DNA of 64,000 bases from Tetramitus jugosus. Taxonomy: Eukaryota; Protista; Heterolobosea. Shown here piece by piece: positions 42,026-51,994 of this stretch. Every line of letters starts with the position of its first letter. Position 1 is the stretch's first letter. Where the stretch lies: assembly GCA_937625935.1 (NCBI GenBank), contig OW569371.1:372001-436000 (forward strand). The letters run 5' to 3'. The position numbers were made by a program, and so were the translations under genes. The notes below the pieces were generated by a model that saw nothing but the letters and a program-made list of their open reading frames with translations, made no database searches and had not been told where the DNA came from.

Positions 42026-42233
42026 AAGTTTTGTGGAAAAGAGAGCTCTCATGTGGCATCATCATTTTAACTGTATGACTCCTATGCAACTAAACTTGGT
42101 TGCTTGTATGTTTTTGCATCTTTCAGTTAAGTTAACATTTTATTCAGGTGCACGTAAACGTTCATGAATTGCAAAAATTCTTGTAGATTATTTTCTTCTT
42201 CTCATTTGATTGTATTCCAGCTCTTATTTTTTA

Positions 42234-44099
42234 TTAGAATTCACTCCTTGTCCTTCGATGAAACATTCGTCGTAGTTTTCCTCCGGATTCTTCTTGCATG
42301 TTAGTCGGTGTTGTTGGCGTTTGTGCAAATTGTTGCTGAGAGTAGGCTTGATCCTTGCGTAACCAGTGTCCATGATGCGTTTGGATGCGGTTTCCACCTG
42401 CTCTTTCTGAGGGTGATGGAATAGAGATAAACATGTCTTGAGTTTTGTGAATCGGTGAAGTCATATCTCCCGATGGGACAGAAGCTGATGGTGGCGTCAC
42501 TTGAAGCATGGGTGTCTGCTGTAATTGGGGTTGATTCAGTAATTGCTGTTGCTGTGGTTGTTGTTGATATGACGGAATTTGTAAGCTATTACCATACATT
42601 GTATCTGTTGTTCGTTGATAGGGCGAAGCTCTAATGGTGTATCCATTGTATGCATAATTTGGTTGGTTCGATTGATTGAAATGATACTCTGGTGTAGGAG
42701 AAGTGGCTGGTGTCATGTTGTCCAATCCAATAGGTGTAACGGCTCGACTCTCCATACTGGATCCATCATTTCGTATCTCATCAGCCGTTGGCAACTGTTC
42801 ATCCACCTTCTCATGCAGATGACTCATGGATTGAGGATCATTAGCATCGGCAGCAAACACATCCGGAACCTTTTCGGACAGTTGTTCCATTTTAAATACA
42901 GAGTCAATGTCATTGATTAACCCACCGTAGCCTCTCCAATGACGTAACTGCTGTGAATGTTCATCCTTTGCTGGCGTAACCACAATACCTTTCTTATTGA
43001 TTAGCCAAATACGCTCCGGTTGAATACCGACACCCAAGTAAGCCACCTTGTCTGTGTCTCGGTTACCCCAACCAGCAATGAACGGATTTCCTACGGATTC
43101 ACAAGGGAACAGAGCCTTGATTGTTGAGAGCGTACTAATCTTAAACTCTGATGGCATTTTCCATCTCATGATTGAATGACCTGACACTGGAGGCGTAATC
43201 ACTGGACCCAGAGGCAAGGAAGACTCCCCTTGTCTCAACTTGTGAATGTAATCAATGGTTGAAGTTTCTTGATTGATGGATCGAACAGTCAGATACAATA
43301 TCTTGTAACCCTTGCGTGTCATACCCTGAAACAAGTTGGCCACTCCGGGATGAGCATACTGTCGACCTAGCCAACGTGTCGCGATTTGACCCTTGATGTC
43401 GCTCTTTGTAATGGTTCCATCAATATCACTCACAACAATCTTGTCCGCGTGTGACCAGAGAAACAAGCGACCACGTACGACTTCCCTTGTAACAGAGTTT
43501 ACAAATTCGACCGTGTTCACCTCCTTGCTCCAATCAATTCTCTGAAGTAGCTCTTGTGGAGGAGTTGTAAATTCTGAACCAAGCTTCTTCTGCATCGTAT
43601 CAATATTTCTCTTCCAACGCTGCTTCACTCGTTGTTTGGTATGATTCGATACGTTTCTGTAGTAACGAGAGTAGCGATTGCCACTGTTCAGTGCCGCTTG
43701 ATCCTCATTTCCCATCATTGCAGAACATCCCAGTGAAATCTCTGACAACAAGGGTTTTGTTCGATGAGCTGCTGTTTTTACGGCTCGACCAAATCGATCG
43801 TGTAGTGCTCCGTGAGTTCTAGGTGAAGGAGCCGGAGAAATTGAGCCATCTGAAGAAAAGTCATTCGGAGTGACGACTTCAAGTACCTTCTTTTCAAACA
43901 ATGCAAAGTGTTCATTGGCATGAAGTACCAATCGAGTTTCATCTTCCTCTCTAAAATGAACGAGTTGACCGTTAATGTACACTTGGATGTAGTGCTTGTC
44001 TTCCTTGGAATCGGGCACATTCTCAAAGTACACAAAAAATGGAGAGCATCTGGGTTCACCATTCGGTTGCTTTACTACTATGATATCAATACAGGGCAT
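42234..44099 (-). CDS. Lipin/Pah1 phosphatidate phosphatase (N-LIP plus LNS2 HAD domain)
   Basis: IDIIVVKQPNG...SPFFVYF; catalytic SDIDGTITKSD; LPLGPV; AGWGNRDTD. Confidence 0.88.
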   Translation of the reverse strand: MPCIDIIVVKQPNGEPRCSPFFVYFENVPDSKEDKHYIQVYINGQLVHFREEDETRLVLHANEHFALFEKKVLEVVTPNDFSSDGSISPAPSPRTHGALHDRFGRAVKTAAHRTKPLLSEISLGCSAMMGNEDQAALNSGNRYSRYYRNVSNHTKQRVKQRWKRNIDTMQKKLGSEFTTPPQELLQRIDWSKEVNTVEFVNSVTREVVRGRLFLWSHADKIVVSDIDGTITKSDIKGQIATRWLGRQYAHPGVANLFQGMTRKGYKILYLTVRSINQETSTIDYIHKLRQGESSLPLGPVITPPVSGHSIMRWKMPSEFKISTLSTIKALFPCESVGNPFIAGWGNRDTDKVAYLGVGIQPERIWLINKKGIVVTPAKDEHSQQLRHWRGYGGLINDIDSVFKMEQLSEKVPDVFAADANDPQSMSHLHEKVDEQLPTADEIRNDGSSMESRAVTPIGLDNMTPATSPTPEYHFNQSNQPNYAYNGYTIRASPYQRTTDTMYGNSLQIPSYQQQPQQQQLLNQPQLQQTPMLQVTPPSASVPSGDMTSPIHKTQDMFISIPSPSERAGGNRIQTHHGHWLRKDQAYSQQQFAQTPTTPTNMQEESGGKLRRMFHRRTRSEF

Positions 44100-44555
44100 T
44101 TTCAATGTGTTGTTGATTTTTTGATTGTTGATTTTTGTTTCATACCAAAATACAACGACTTTTCGGCTGTTAAACCCTGCCAAACAAAATTGAGACATGA
44201 AGTTGACTGGATTAAAAAAAGAAAGAAAAATATTTTGGATGTGCGACGGACTTACGTAAATCACACGATCTTTTCGTCAGCTTTGGAAACTCGTAAACTC
44301 GAAGGAGCTTTTGGTTTCTTCTGACTCCGACCTCTTCTCATTAGGTCAAGGAGCTCTTCCCATTGACAATACGTTGAAGTTTCGAAACTCAGTTGTTTTA
44401 TGTTTATTCCAAATTTTCACTTGACCTGTTCGTTAACAGAAGTTTACTGTTAATTCATGTGTCCAACAAAAATCTTGTCTTCACTCACTCATTGGTCTGA
44501 ATAACATAACACACAACTTCAATTTCAAAAAAATCAACAACACTTGACGGCAAAG

Positions 44556-45338
44556 ATGTACTACATCGATGTGTCGTTCAATGACCAAAAGTTTTGTCTT
44601 CAAGATGATGGCAATTCTTCTCTTGTTTCCATTCAAAGAAACATCGCCTCGAAGTTTTTCATGCTTGACATTTTAGGTTCATGGAAAACTTACAAGGATG
44701 AACCAGTTGATGCGGGACAACTCCTGATACGTACTTTGAAGGATTTAGGATTAACTTCACTAAAGTTTGAAGACTCAAAAAACAAGTTCACCATGTTTTT
44801 GGATCTTTATGACGATTTTGTCAAGCCTTTCTCGGCTGTAAAATTTGATGATTCAGAGGAGGATACTAGTCCTGAAGCTTTGAGAATCAAGTATGCGCAG
44901 GACATAGAAGGTAATCAATCAACATTCTGTAACAATATGAATGTGGCTGCAAGCAATTTCAGCAGTTACGTAGATAAGGGTAAACAAAGATATGGGCCGA
45001 GAAAAGCATTGTCTGACTTTGACAGATATTCACCAATAACGAAGAAATACTTGTTGAACAATGATGCACAGAGAAGAGATCCAAACTTGAAGGATAGATA
45101 TCTGAACAGTAATAGAGTTGCTGAATTATTTGAAAGAAGGTTGATTCAACTACAGCACTTGTTTCAAGAGATTACGGGATATGGAAAAAGCATTGGAAAA
45201 CTTTCTTGGGTTGATGTGTTTGTGAAAGTGTCAGATAGAATGAATGATATAGAGAACCATTTGTATCATGATATCCATAGTGGATACGTGAGAATTGTTA
45301 CCAGCAAGAGTGATGGAAAGCTTGCGAGTTGCCATTAG
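44556..45338 (+). CDS. Hypothetical protein
   Basis: 260-aa ORF with plausible composition; no motif recognised. Confidence 0.6.
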   Translation: MYYIDVSFNDQKFCLQDDGNSSLVSIQRNIASKFFMLDILGSWKTYKDEPVDAGQLLIRTLKDLGLTSLKFEDSKNKFTMFLDLYDDFVKPFSAVKFDDSEEDTSPEALRIKYAQDIEGNQSTFCNNMNVAASNFSSYVDKGKQRYGPRKALSDFDRYSPITKKYLLNNDAQRRDPNLKDRYLNSNRVAELFERRLIQLQHLFQEITGYGKSIGKLSWVDVFVKVSDRMNDIENHLYHDIHSGYVRIVTSKSDGKLASCH

Positions 45339-45742
45339 TTGCAAGTTTTGCGTGAGAACCAATGAGACATGCAAATTACTTCTACTATTGGTGGTGTTAT
45401 CAAGTTGGACAATACATACTATTGGCCTTCATGCGTCCATAGAGTACTTGAATTTGAGAAGGTTGACAAATACCTCGAACTAAGTTTGTTAAATTTGATG
45501 TTGGCATTTCATGCGAAGTCGTTGCATAAGTTGCATAAGAAGAGATCTCTTTATAGACTCAACATCCAAAGAAGTAGATGTGAGTGAAGCGAATTGTTCG
45601 GTGGTCGAACCATATTATTCACTTTGTTGAAACAAATCCAGAGAAGCCCTGACTTTTCAAAAACATTGTCACAGATTTATTCGTTTTTGAAGTTAGTTCC
45701 AATACAGATACTTTATTGTGACTTACTTTTGAATCACACGAA

Positions 45743-48700
45743 CTACTCTTCACTTTGGTTGCCGATAAACGAGAAGGCACTTTCTGGCTCTTCTTCTGTT
45801 TCTTCAACCTCCTCTGATTCCGAACTCTTCTTCATAAAGTCAAAAGAGGAGGATTCATCTGGCTCATTGTTATCTTGTACTTCTTCTGTCAAAGTATTTT
45901 CTTCTTCTCCTTCGTTATTGTCGTCATTCTTGATAAATGAGAAGGAAGAGGCTTCCTCTGGTTCTGAATGCTCATCTTCCTCCGATTGCTGTACATTCTC
46001 ATGACTCTCTTCTTGTGACTCTGCTTCATCAACCTCACTTTCATTCTGGATAAAGGAGAAACTTGATGGCTCATTTTCCAATACAGCGCCACTGTGTTGG
46101 GTTTCTTCTTCATTGCCATTATTCTCTTGTTCTTCTGCAGGCTCCTTTGTCAGTTCTTCACTATTGTTTGGGATAGAGGAGTAGTATTGCTCTCCTTCCT
46201 GCTCAGTTGGTGACGACTCTTCTCTCTCTTCTTCTAATTGTACATCTATTAAACTCTGAAGTTTGATTTGAACTTCGAGCAACTCCTTCTTTAGGGTCTG
46301 CGACTGTGTATCTAATATGTCACATTGATCATAATCAGCATTTTCAAGTGCTTCCTCCAAAGCAGCCTCCAATTTGCTAATTTGGACTGATAGTTCTTCC
46401 TGAAGTTGAATGAGATTCATCTTTGTGATCACAGGATCTTCCTCGTTAGTTTCCTGCTGTTCTTGTGGTTCTTCTTCTTTCTCTTCTTCTTTTTGTGGGA
46501 CACTTGTGTATTGTTGGTATTCGTCGTGATCATCTTCATTATCATCCTCTCTCAATTGGGTATCTGTTTCCTCTTGTGATAACTCCTCCTCAGCAACTTG
46601 TTCCTCTGTTTCTTCTTCCCCATCACTGTTATCCTCTGAGGCAAGTACTTTGTCAGTGAAACCCAGTCGAACCTTTGTACTGTTAATCAAGTCTTCATAC
46701 TGATCGTCGTCCCATTGCAGAATGTCTCTAGATTCTTGAATTTCAGCTTCACAAACTTGAGCAGCAGATGTTAAAATGTCTACGGCATCTCTAACAATAG
46801 CATCAGAGCTACTCATGACATCCTGAGAGAGTTCGGATATTACCTTAGACAACTCTAACCACTCTGGTACTAGAACATGCGATAAATATTCTTGAGCTCT
46901 GTCGTGTTGCATGTTTGTATACTTTTCGCGTAGAGAATCTAGCAGTGTTATGTTCTTCCTCAATGAGACATCCAGTAGAGACATCTTCTTCTCCAAATCT
47001 GCACTTTCAGGATCAATTTTCGCCAACTGTTCCTCCATCGTCTTGATACTCGATTGGAATTGAGCTGCATCTTTAAACTTTCTGTTCAATACTGCAGTTG
47101 CCTTCTTGCTATTCAAATCAGGCAATTGTTCGTTCTCAATCTTGAACTTTCTATCTCTCAACTCTTGCAGCTGGGCTTCACAAAGGTTCAACTCAGTTTG
47201 TAGATTTGATGTTTGCTTCTCGTGCTTTTGAAGCTCGAGGTGCATTTGCTGATTGTCAATCTCGGATTGCCCATGGCTCAAGTACTCAACTCGAACCTTT
47301 TGCAAACGAGCAATTAGCGACCTCCATGAAGTCACAGTCTCAATATCCCCAGTCAAGTTCTCAGCCAAATGTATCACTCTTTCCTTATCCTCCTGTTGCA
47401 TGTTCCATTTTTGAACCTCAACCTCCCATTTGGCGGCAGCTTGAGCGTGCTTCTTCTTCTCGCTTTCCAGAAGACTTTTTCTGTTCTCTGTTTCTTGCTG
47501 CTCTTTTTCTAATAGTACAAGTTCTTCGCTGAACTTCTTCTCGTGCTGATCCACGATACTCTTTGCAAGCTCAATGTTTTCGCTAACTGATTTGAATTGT
47601 CTCTTCTTTTCACGCAGCACTCGCTCCAACTCCTGTATCTCATTCTTCAACTCGATTGCTTGTTGCTCAAAATTGCTAATCTTTGTACGTTCTGATTGTG
47701 TAGCATTATCAATCTGAGTTCTCAATCTATCCTTTCGCTTATTCATATTTTCGCTGTCCAAATCCAAAGATTGCTCTTGTCTCTGAATTCTCTCTCGTTC
47801 GTTGTTGATTCTTTCATCAGTTAAAGACTTTTTCACGTTCCAATCAGATAGCAACAAACTAAAAGAGGAGTTGGTCTTCCGTATAAAATCGGTAATCAAT
47901 CGGTTGGTGTTGTCAGTATTCGTATTGAGACCGGTCGAATAGGAGGAAGCGCTTGATCGATCCAAATTTGACAATTGCTCAAAACACTTGTTAAACTTTT
48001 CAGTAGCGCTCGATAGTTCTGTCCTCAATCGTGTCATTTCACTTCGCATGCTGCCCAATTGCTTCTCATATTCATCAGCCAACTCAAATTGCTCCTTTAC
48101 GGTTGCTTCGTTCAATTTCTGCTCCAAATCTTGGGAAGATTGCTCCAAAGCAGACAATGATTTTCTCAAATTTCTCTGGGATTGCAACAGAGACTGCTGC
48201 GACTGTAAGTTTTGTTTGGCAGGTTTCACAAACTGTGTTTGAAGTGAATCAGTGACACTCTTTCTCAACACATCATAATTGTTTCGTATCCTGTTTCTCG
48301 CATCTTCCTCCTCCTTTTGCTTCAATCGTTTTTGTTCTTGCCTCTTCGCTTCTGCTTCCTCTTCCTTCTTCTTCTTTTGCAACCGCAATCGCTCCTCTTC
48401 TTCCTCCTGTTCTCTCTTCATCTTTTCTGCTTCATTTTCTCTCTGTTGAGCAGCAGGAGAGTGAATCACAAGTCCAGATAGTGAAATTCGATCATTTTCC
48501 TCTTCTTCATCATCCGATACTAATGATGACGATGACTCGTCGTTTCCATCTTCACTCGTGGCTTGGTCATCAACATGTCTCTTGTTCATCGTCATACTAC
48601 CCGTTGTCGCATCACTGCTTGCAACACCACTTGTCATACTCTTGTTACTGCTACTGCTACTGTTGTTGTTCCACGCAGAAAGATGACTCTTAGTGCTACT

Positions 48701-49471
48701 AGCAGTTGCAGTAATGCCACGTGAAGTATGAGAAGTGGACGAAGAAGAAGAAGAAGAAGCTGTATTGACATCTTCTGAATCCAAATCCGATATTGAACTC
48801 ATGTGACTCAACTTTGCACCAGTCATATGAGGAGAGTGACTCTGTTTTGATACTTGAGTTGGTGTTGTTGTGTCATTGCTATGATGAACACCAATTCCAA
48901 TGACATTTCTAGCACCACCCTTTCTTCTCTTCTTTTGTGTCGATGATGATGACAACGTCGACGAAGAAGAAGCAGAAGAATTGATCATTGATAAGCTTTC
49001 CTCACGAGAGCTGTTCATGACATTTGTCGGGACAGTAGGAGTTTTCGGAGAAATAATATTGGCGCCATATTGTTTTTGGAAAGAATCGAGCATGGAAGGT
49101 CCGCTATCGTCACCTCCGTCATCATCATTTTCAGCGACAACCGTATTTTTCTTCAAAACACTCCTTGTTGCTGTAGCAGCTGCTGTTGTTGACTTTTTAG
49201 CTTTGAGAGGTTTAATTTCCATGGAAGAAAACATGTCATTACTGTTATCACCAACCCCACCACCGCTCATCATGTTTTTATCACCATCTATTCCACTATC
49301 GCCCCATTGTGAACCTTCTGAAGAAGAAGCGGATTTGATGACTTGTGGTTGAGTGGTTGTTGGTGTGTTACTGTTGTTATTGTTGTTGTTGGTGGATGGA
49401 GAAGCAGAAGGCGATTCATATTTTTCTGGTGTGGTTGCAGCGGATGCCTTTTTGCCAAAGAGTGACCACAT
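45743..49471 (-). CDS. Large coiled-coil protein with UVR (UvrB/UvrC)-like motifs and acidic C-terminus
   Basis: LEQKLNEATVKEQFELADEY, KKATAVLNRKFKDAAQF, LEEALENADYDQCDIL; C-terminal SSFSF repeats. Confidence 0.75.
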   Translation of the reverse strand: MWSLFGKKASAATTPEKYESPSASPSTNNNNNNSNTPTTTQPQVIKSASSSEGSQWGDSGIDGDKNMMSGGGVGDNSNDMFSSMEIKPLKAKKSTTAAATATRSVLKKNTVVAENDDDGGDDSGPSMLDSFQKQYGANIISPKTPTVPTNVMNSSREESLSMINSSASSSSTLSSSSTQKKRRKGGARNVIGIGVHHSNDTTTPTQVSKQSHSPHMTGAKLSHMSSISDLDSEDVNTASSSSSSSTSHTSRGITATASSTKSHLSAWNNNSSSSSNKSMTSGVASSDATTGSMTMNKRHVDDQATSEDGNDESSSSLVSDDEEEENDRISLSGLVIHSPAAQQRENEAEKMKREQEEEEERLRLQKKKKEEEAEAKRQEQKRLKQKEEEDARNRIRNNYDVLRKSVTDSLQTQFVKPAKQNLQSQQSLLQSQRNLRKSLSALEQSSQDLEQKLNEATVKEQFELADEYEKQLGSMRSEMTRLRTELSSATEKFNKCFEQLSNLDRSSASSYSTGLNTNTDNTNRLITDFIRKTNSSFSLLLSDWNVKKSLTDERINNERERIQRQEQSLDLDSENMNKRKDRLRTQIDNATQSERTKISNFEQQAIELKNEIQELERVLREKKRQFKSVSENIELAKSIVDQHEKKFSEELVLLEKEQQETENRKSLLESEKKKHAQAAAKWEVEVQKWNMQQEDKERVIHLAENLTGDIETVTSWRSLIARLQKVRVEYLSHGQSEIDNQQMHLELQKHEKQTSNLQTELNLCEAQLQELRDRKFKIENEQLPDLNSKKATAVLNRKFKDAAQFQSSIKTMEEQLAKIDPESADLEKKMSLLDVSLRKNITLLDSLREKYTNMQHDRAQEYLSHVLVPEWLELSKVISELSQDVMSSSDAIVRDAVDILTSAAQVCEAEIQESRDILQWDDDQYEDLINSTKVRLGFTDKVLASEDNSDGEEETEEQVAEEELSQEETDTQLREDDNEDDHDEYQQYTSVPQKEEEKEEEPQEQQETNEEDPVITKMNLIQLQEELSVQISKLEAALEEALENADYDQCDILDTQSQTLKKELLEVQIKLQSLIDVQLEEEREESSPTEQEGEQYYSSIPNNSEELTKEPAEEQENNGNEEETQHSGAVLENEPSSFSFIQNESEVDEAESQEESHENVQQSEEDEHSEPEEASSFSFIKNDDNNEGEEENTLTEEVQDNNEPDESSSFDFMKKSSESEEVEETEEEPESAFSFIGNQSEE

Positions 49472-49760
49472 GATTTTCACCCGTTTGTTGTTGCTTGTTT
49501 GTTTGTTTGTTTGTTGTGTGAGCAGAAAACGTTTTGGATGTTGTTCAATGTTTTGGAAGGTGGAGAAATATTGGGATGTTCGCACTCTCGACAGAGCAAC
49601 GAGAATCTGATTTTATGCAGCCAAAAAGAAGAACCACACAACTATCGTGGGCAGCTAGCTCAACAACAAACAAGAATGAAGCGAACATAATGTAGTTAGT
49701 TCACAACAAAAGACAAGACAAAAAAAATATCCCATGGTTCGCTGTTTTTTAATATATAGT

Positions 49761-50343
49761 TTAAATCTTTGGGTTCACTGCAGGTGGGAATTCAATTCCA
49801 ATCTTTTCAGAAGCACAAGCCTCAAACATCATTCTCTGTTGATAACACTTTTTCCACATAAAGTTCTTTCCTCTCAAGCAAGTCACATATTGTGTGAACA
49901 AGGCGCTGCATCCATTCTTTTCATCAAGATACTCGTTCGCTCTATACGTTGTATTGTTTGTTCATGTCATTTCATCCATGCCGCAATTTTCGTATCAAAC
50001 ATTGTTCATCATCATTGAGCGTCGCCATCGTAGTCGTCATCACAAAAAATGTTGGCGCCACATCAAAACGCACGAAAAAAAAATCTTGTTAGCTTTCGCA
50101 GTTTTTTTCGACATGTGCACCACACACATATATAGAAAGAATGTTCAACATGACCATAAAAACATACAGTTTAAAGGCACACTTTCTGCTCTCAATAGCT
50201 TCCTTCAAGCATTTTTCAGGATCTTGGTTCTTTGCTTTGCATGACAAGTAATTTGCGTTTTCATTTTTACAGTAGGTGACCAATCCGCTGGCTAATCCTG
50301 CCACAACAGCACTGCTATCGATTGTGAATTTTTCTGGGTTCAT
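49761..50343 (-). CDS. NDUFA8: NADH:ubiquinone oxidoreductase subunit NDUFA8 (four CX9C motifs); exons 50343-50168 and 49941-49761
   Basis: Spliced product has CKNENANYLSC, DPEKCLKEAIESRKC, CSALFTQYVTC, CYQQRMMFEAC; intron GTATGT...ATAG. Confidence 0.8.
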
Positions 50344-50648
50344 TTTTGCTTGGGTGTCTGATGAAGATTTTGGGTTCTTGTTGTTGGGCGCAATGGAGAA
50401 AATTTTTTTATTGACTTTACAAAAGTGATAAGGGTGAAGTTTCAATCGGTGGTCTAATTCTCCTATATCACTGGTTCTTCTTGTAGCTCTCTTGGCCTGC
50501 TTGACTCACAAGCCATAAGATCCTTGACAGCAACCTCCTTCAGCGGGAGATATCCTCCAAAGATCCATCATGACTGATCTTTTAGGATTCAAACTGTGTA
50601 TTGGAGAACTATGATCATCACGGAGACAAAACGCAAAAAAACCAAAGC

Positions 50649-51192
50649 ATGAATCGCTCAGTTGTGCGCAGCCAAACAGGCACACCTGTTGTGCATAGCT
50701 CCTCAGCTCCAGAGATGCTCCCGAGTATGGAACCAACTCGGCCCAGGCCCGCCACCAAATTACTGTTTGTAGAGGATCCCTCTCCCACGAGCAATAATCT
50801 TGTTCAATCAAATGCAGCTCAACAGACAGTTTCTGATACTGTTGCTTTAACAGAACAACCGACAAAGACACTTCAATTTGTTCATCCTTCGCGATTCATC
50901 TGTGAGAAGTGTGGTTGTACAGGTAAAGTACTTTTCTCTCTCTCTGTGAAGTCATCTTTTTTTTTTTGAGTGAAACAAAAGGAATTGTAAAGTGTAAGTT
51001 TCTAACGACAACAATATTTTCTCAGAGTATCACACGGGAGAAATACGAAGTTCATCTGGCTTCCTTACAAAAATATTCAATGTAGATAGCAACAGATACT
51101 ATACTTTAACATGTTCTGGATGTGGGTTTACTCAAATGTTTCGGACTCAACAGTCCATGTTGGCCAACTTGATTGACATTGTCATTCGATAA
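50649..51192 (+). CDS. Zinc-ribbon protein (DUF2082/zinc_ribbon_13-like) with disordered N-terminus; exons 50649-50922 and 51026-51192
   Basis: Spliced: FICEKCGCTEYHTGEIRSSSGFLTKIFNVDSNRYYTLTCSGCGFTQMF...NLIDIV; intron GTAAAG...CTAAC...TCAG. Confidence 0.78.
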
Positions 51193-51256
51193 AATCATTT
51201 ACTACAACAGTACTACATTATAGTTTTGCACCACATTTATTGGTTTCATATCACAT

Positions 51257-51898
51257 TTATTTTACATTCTTTGTTGGCAACGTAGCATAGCGCCCATCTA
51301 GATTCCGATAGACGGCATGCTTCTGAACCTTGAACCAATGATCCATGAATTCCAAGGAAGACATGGAAAATAGGAGACCTGATCGTAACAAATAATACAA
51401 ATGAAGACTATCACTGCAACCTTGATTTCCACAAAATTGGGCTGCAAATTCTCTCTCTTGTCGTACAGTCTTTTGTCTCTGAACTTCAGCCGAATGAGTG
51501 GGTTCAATCCGCTCTGGCCAAAGAGAAGGCATGAATCGTTCTTGTGCTTCATAAAATCTTCTCTCCTGTTCATCTCTCAAATCACACATGCTGTCGCACA
51601 ATTCATCTTCAGTTTTCCGTACAAAAAAACACGAAGTTTGAGTCAACCAACCAAACGGATACAACTCCTTCTCAAAAACTTTGTTCATCACGTCTCTTGC
51701 CGTAATAATCTCATATTTTAGAATCTTATCCTTGTGTCCATGATATCCAAAGGGAACAATAGTGCAGTTGTCCAACAGAATCGATTGATAAGAGTGCAAG
51801 AAATCTCTAATTTGCTTGGATCTATGATCAGATGTTCTCCTTCTCGATTCAGGTTTCTTCTCTTCTGTGACTTCTTCCTCGTTGGCTTTCTCTGGCAT
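51257..51898 (-). CDS. Hypothetical protein
   Basis: 213-aa ORF; no family recognised. Confidence 0.6.
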   Translation of the reverse strand: MPEKANEEEVTEEKKPESRRRTSDHRSKQIRDFLHSYQSILLDNCTIVPFGYHGHKDKILKYEIITARDVMNKVFEKELYPFGWLTQTSCFFVRKTEDELCDSMCDLRDEQERRFYEAQERFMPSLWPERIEPTHSAEVQRQKTVRQEREFAAQFCGNQGCSDSLHLYYLLRSGLLFSMSSLEFMDHWFKVQKHAVYRNLDGRYATLPTKNVK

Positions 51899-51994
51899 TT
51901 TTTTGATCTCTTTTTGCCAGTGTTTGTTGCTTTTTTCTTGTTTGGACTGATGATGATCTGAGAGTGATGATCTATCAAAACTATGGTTTTTATT

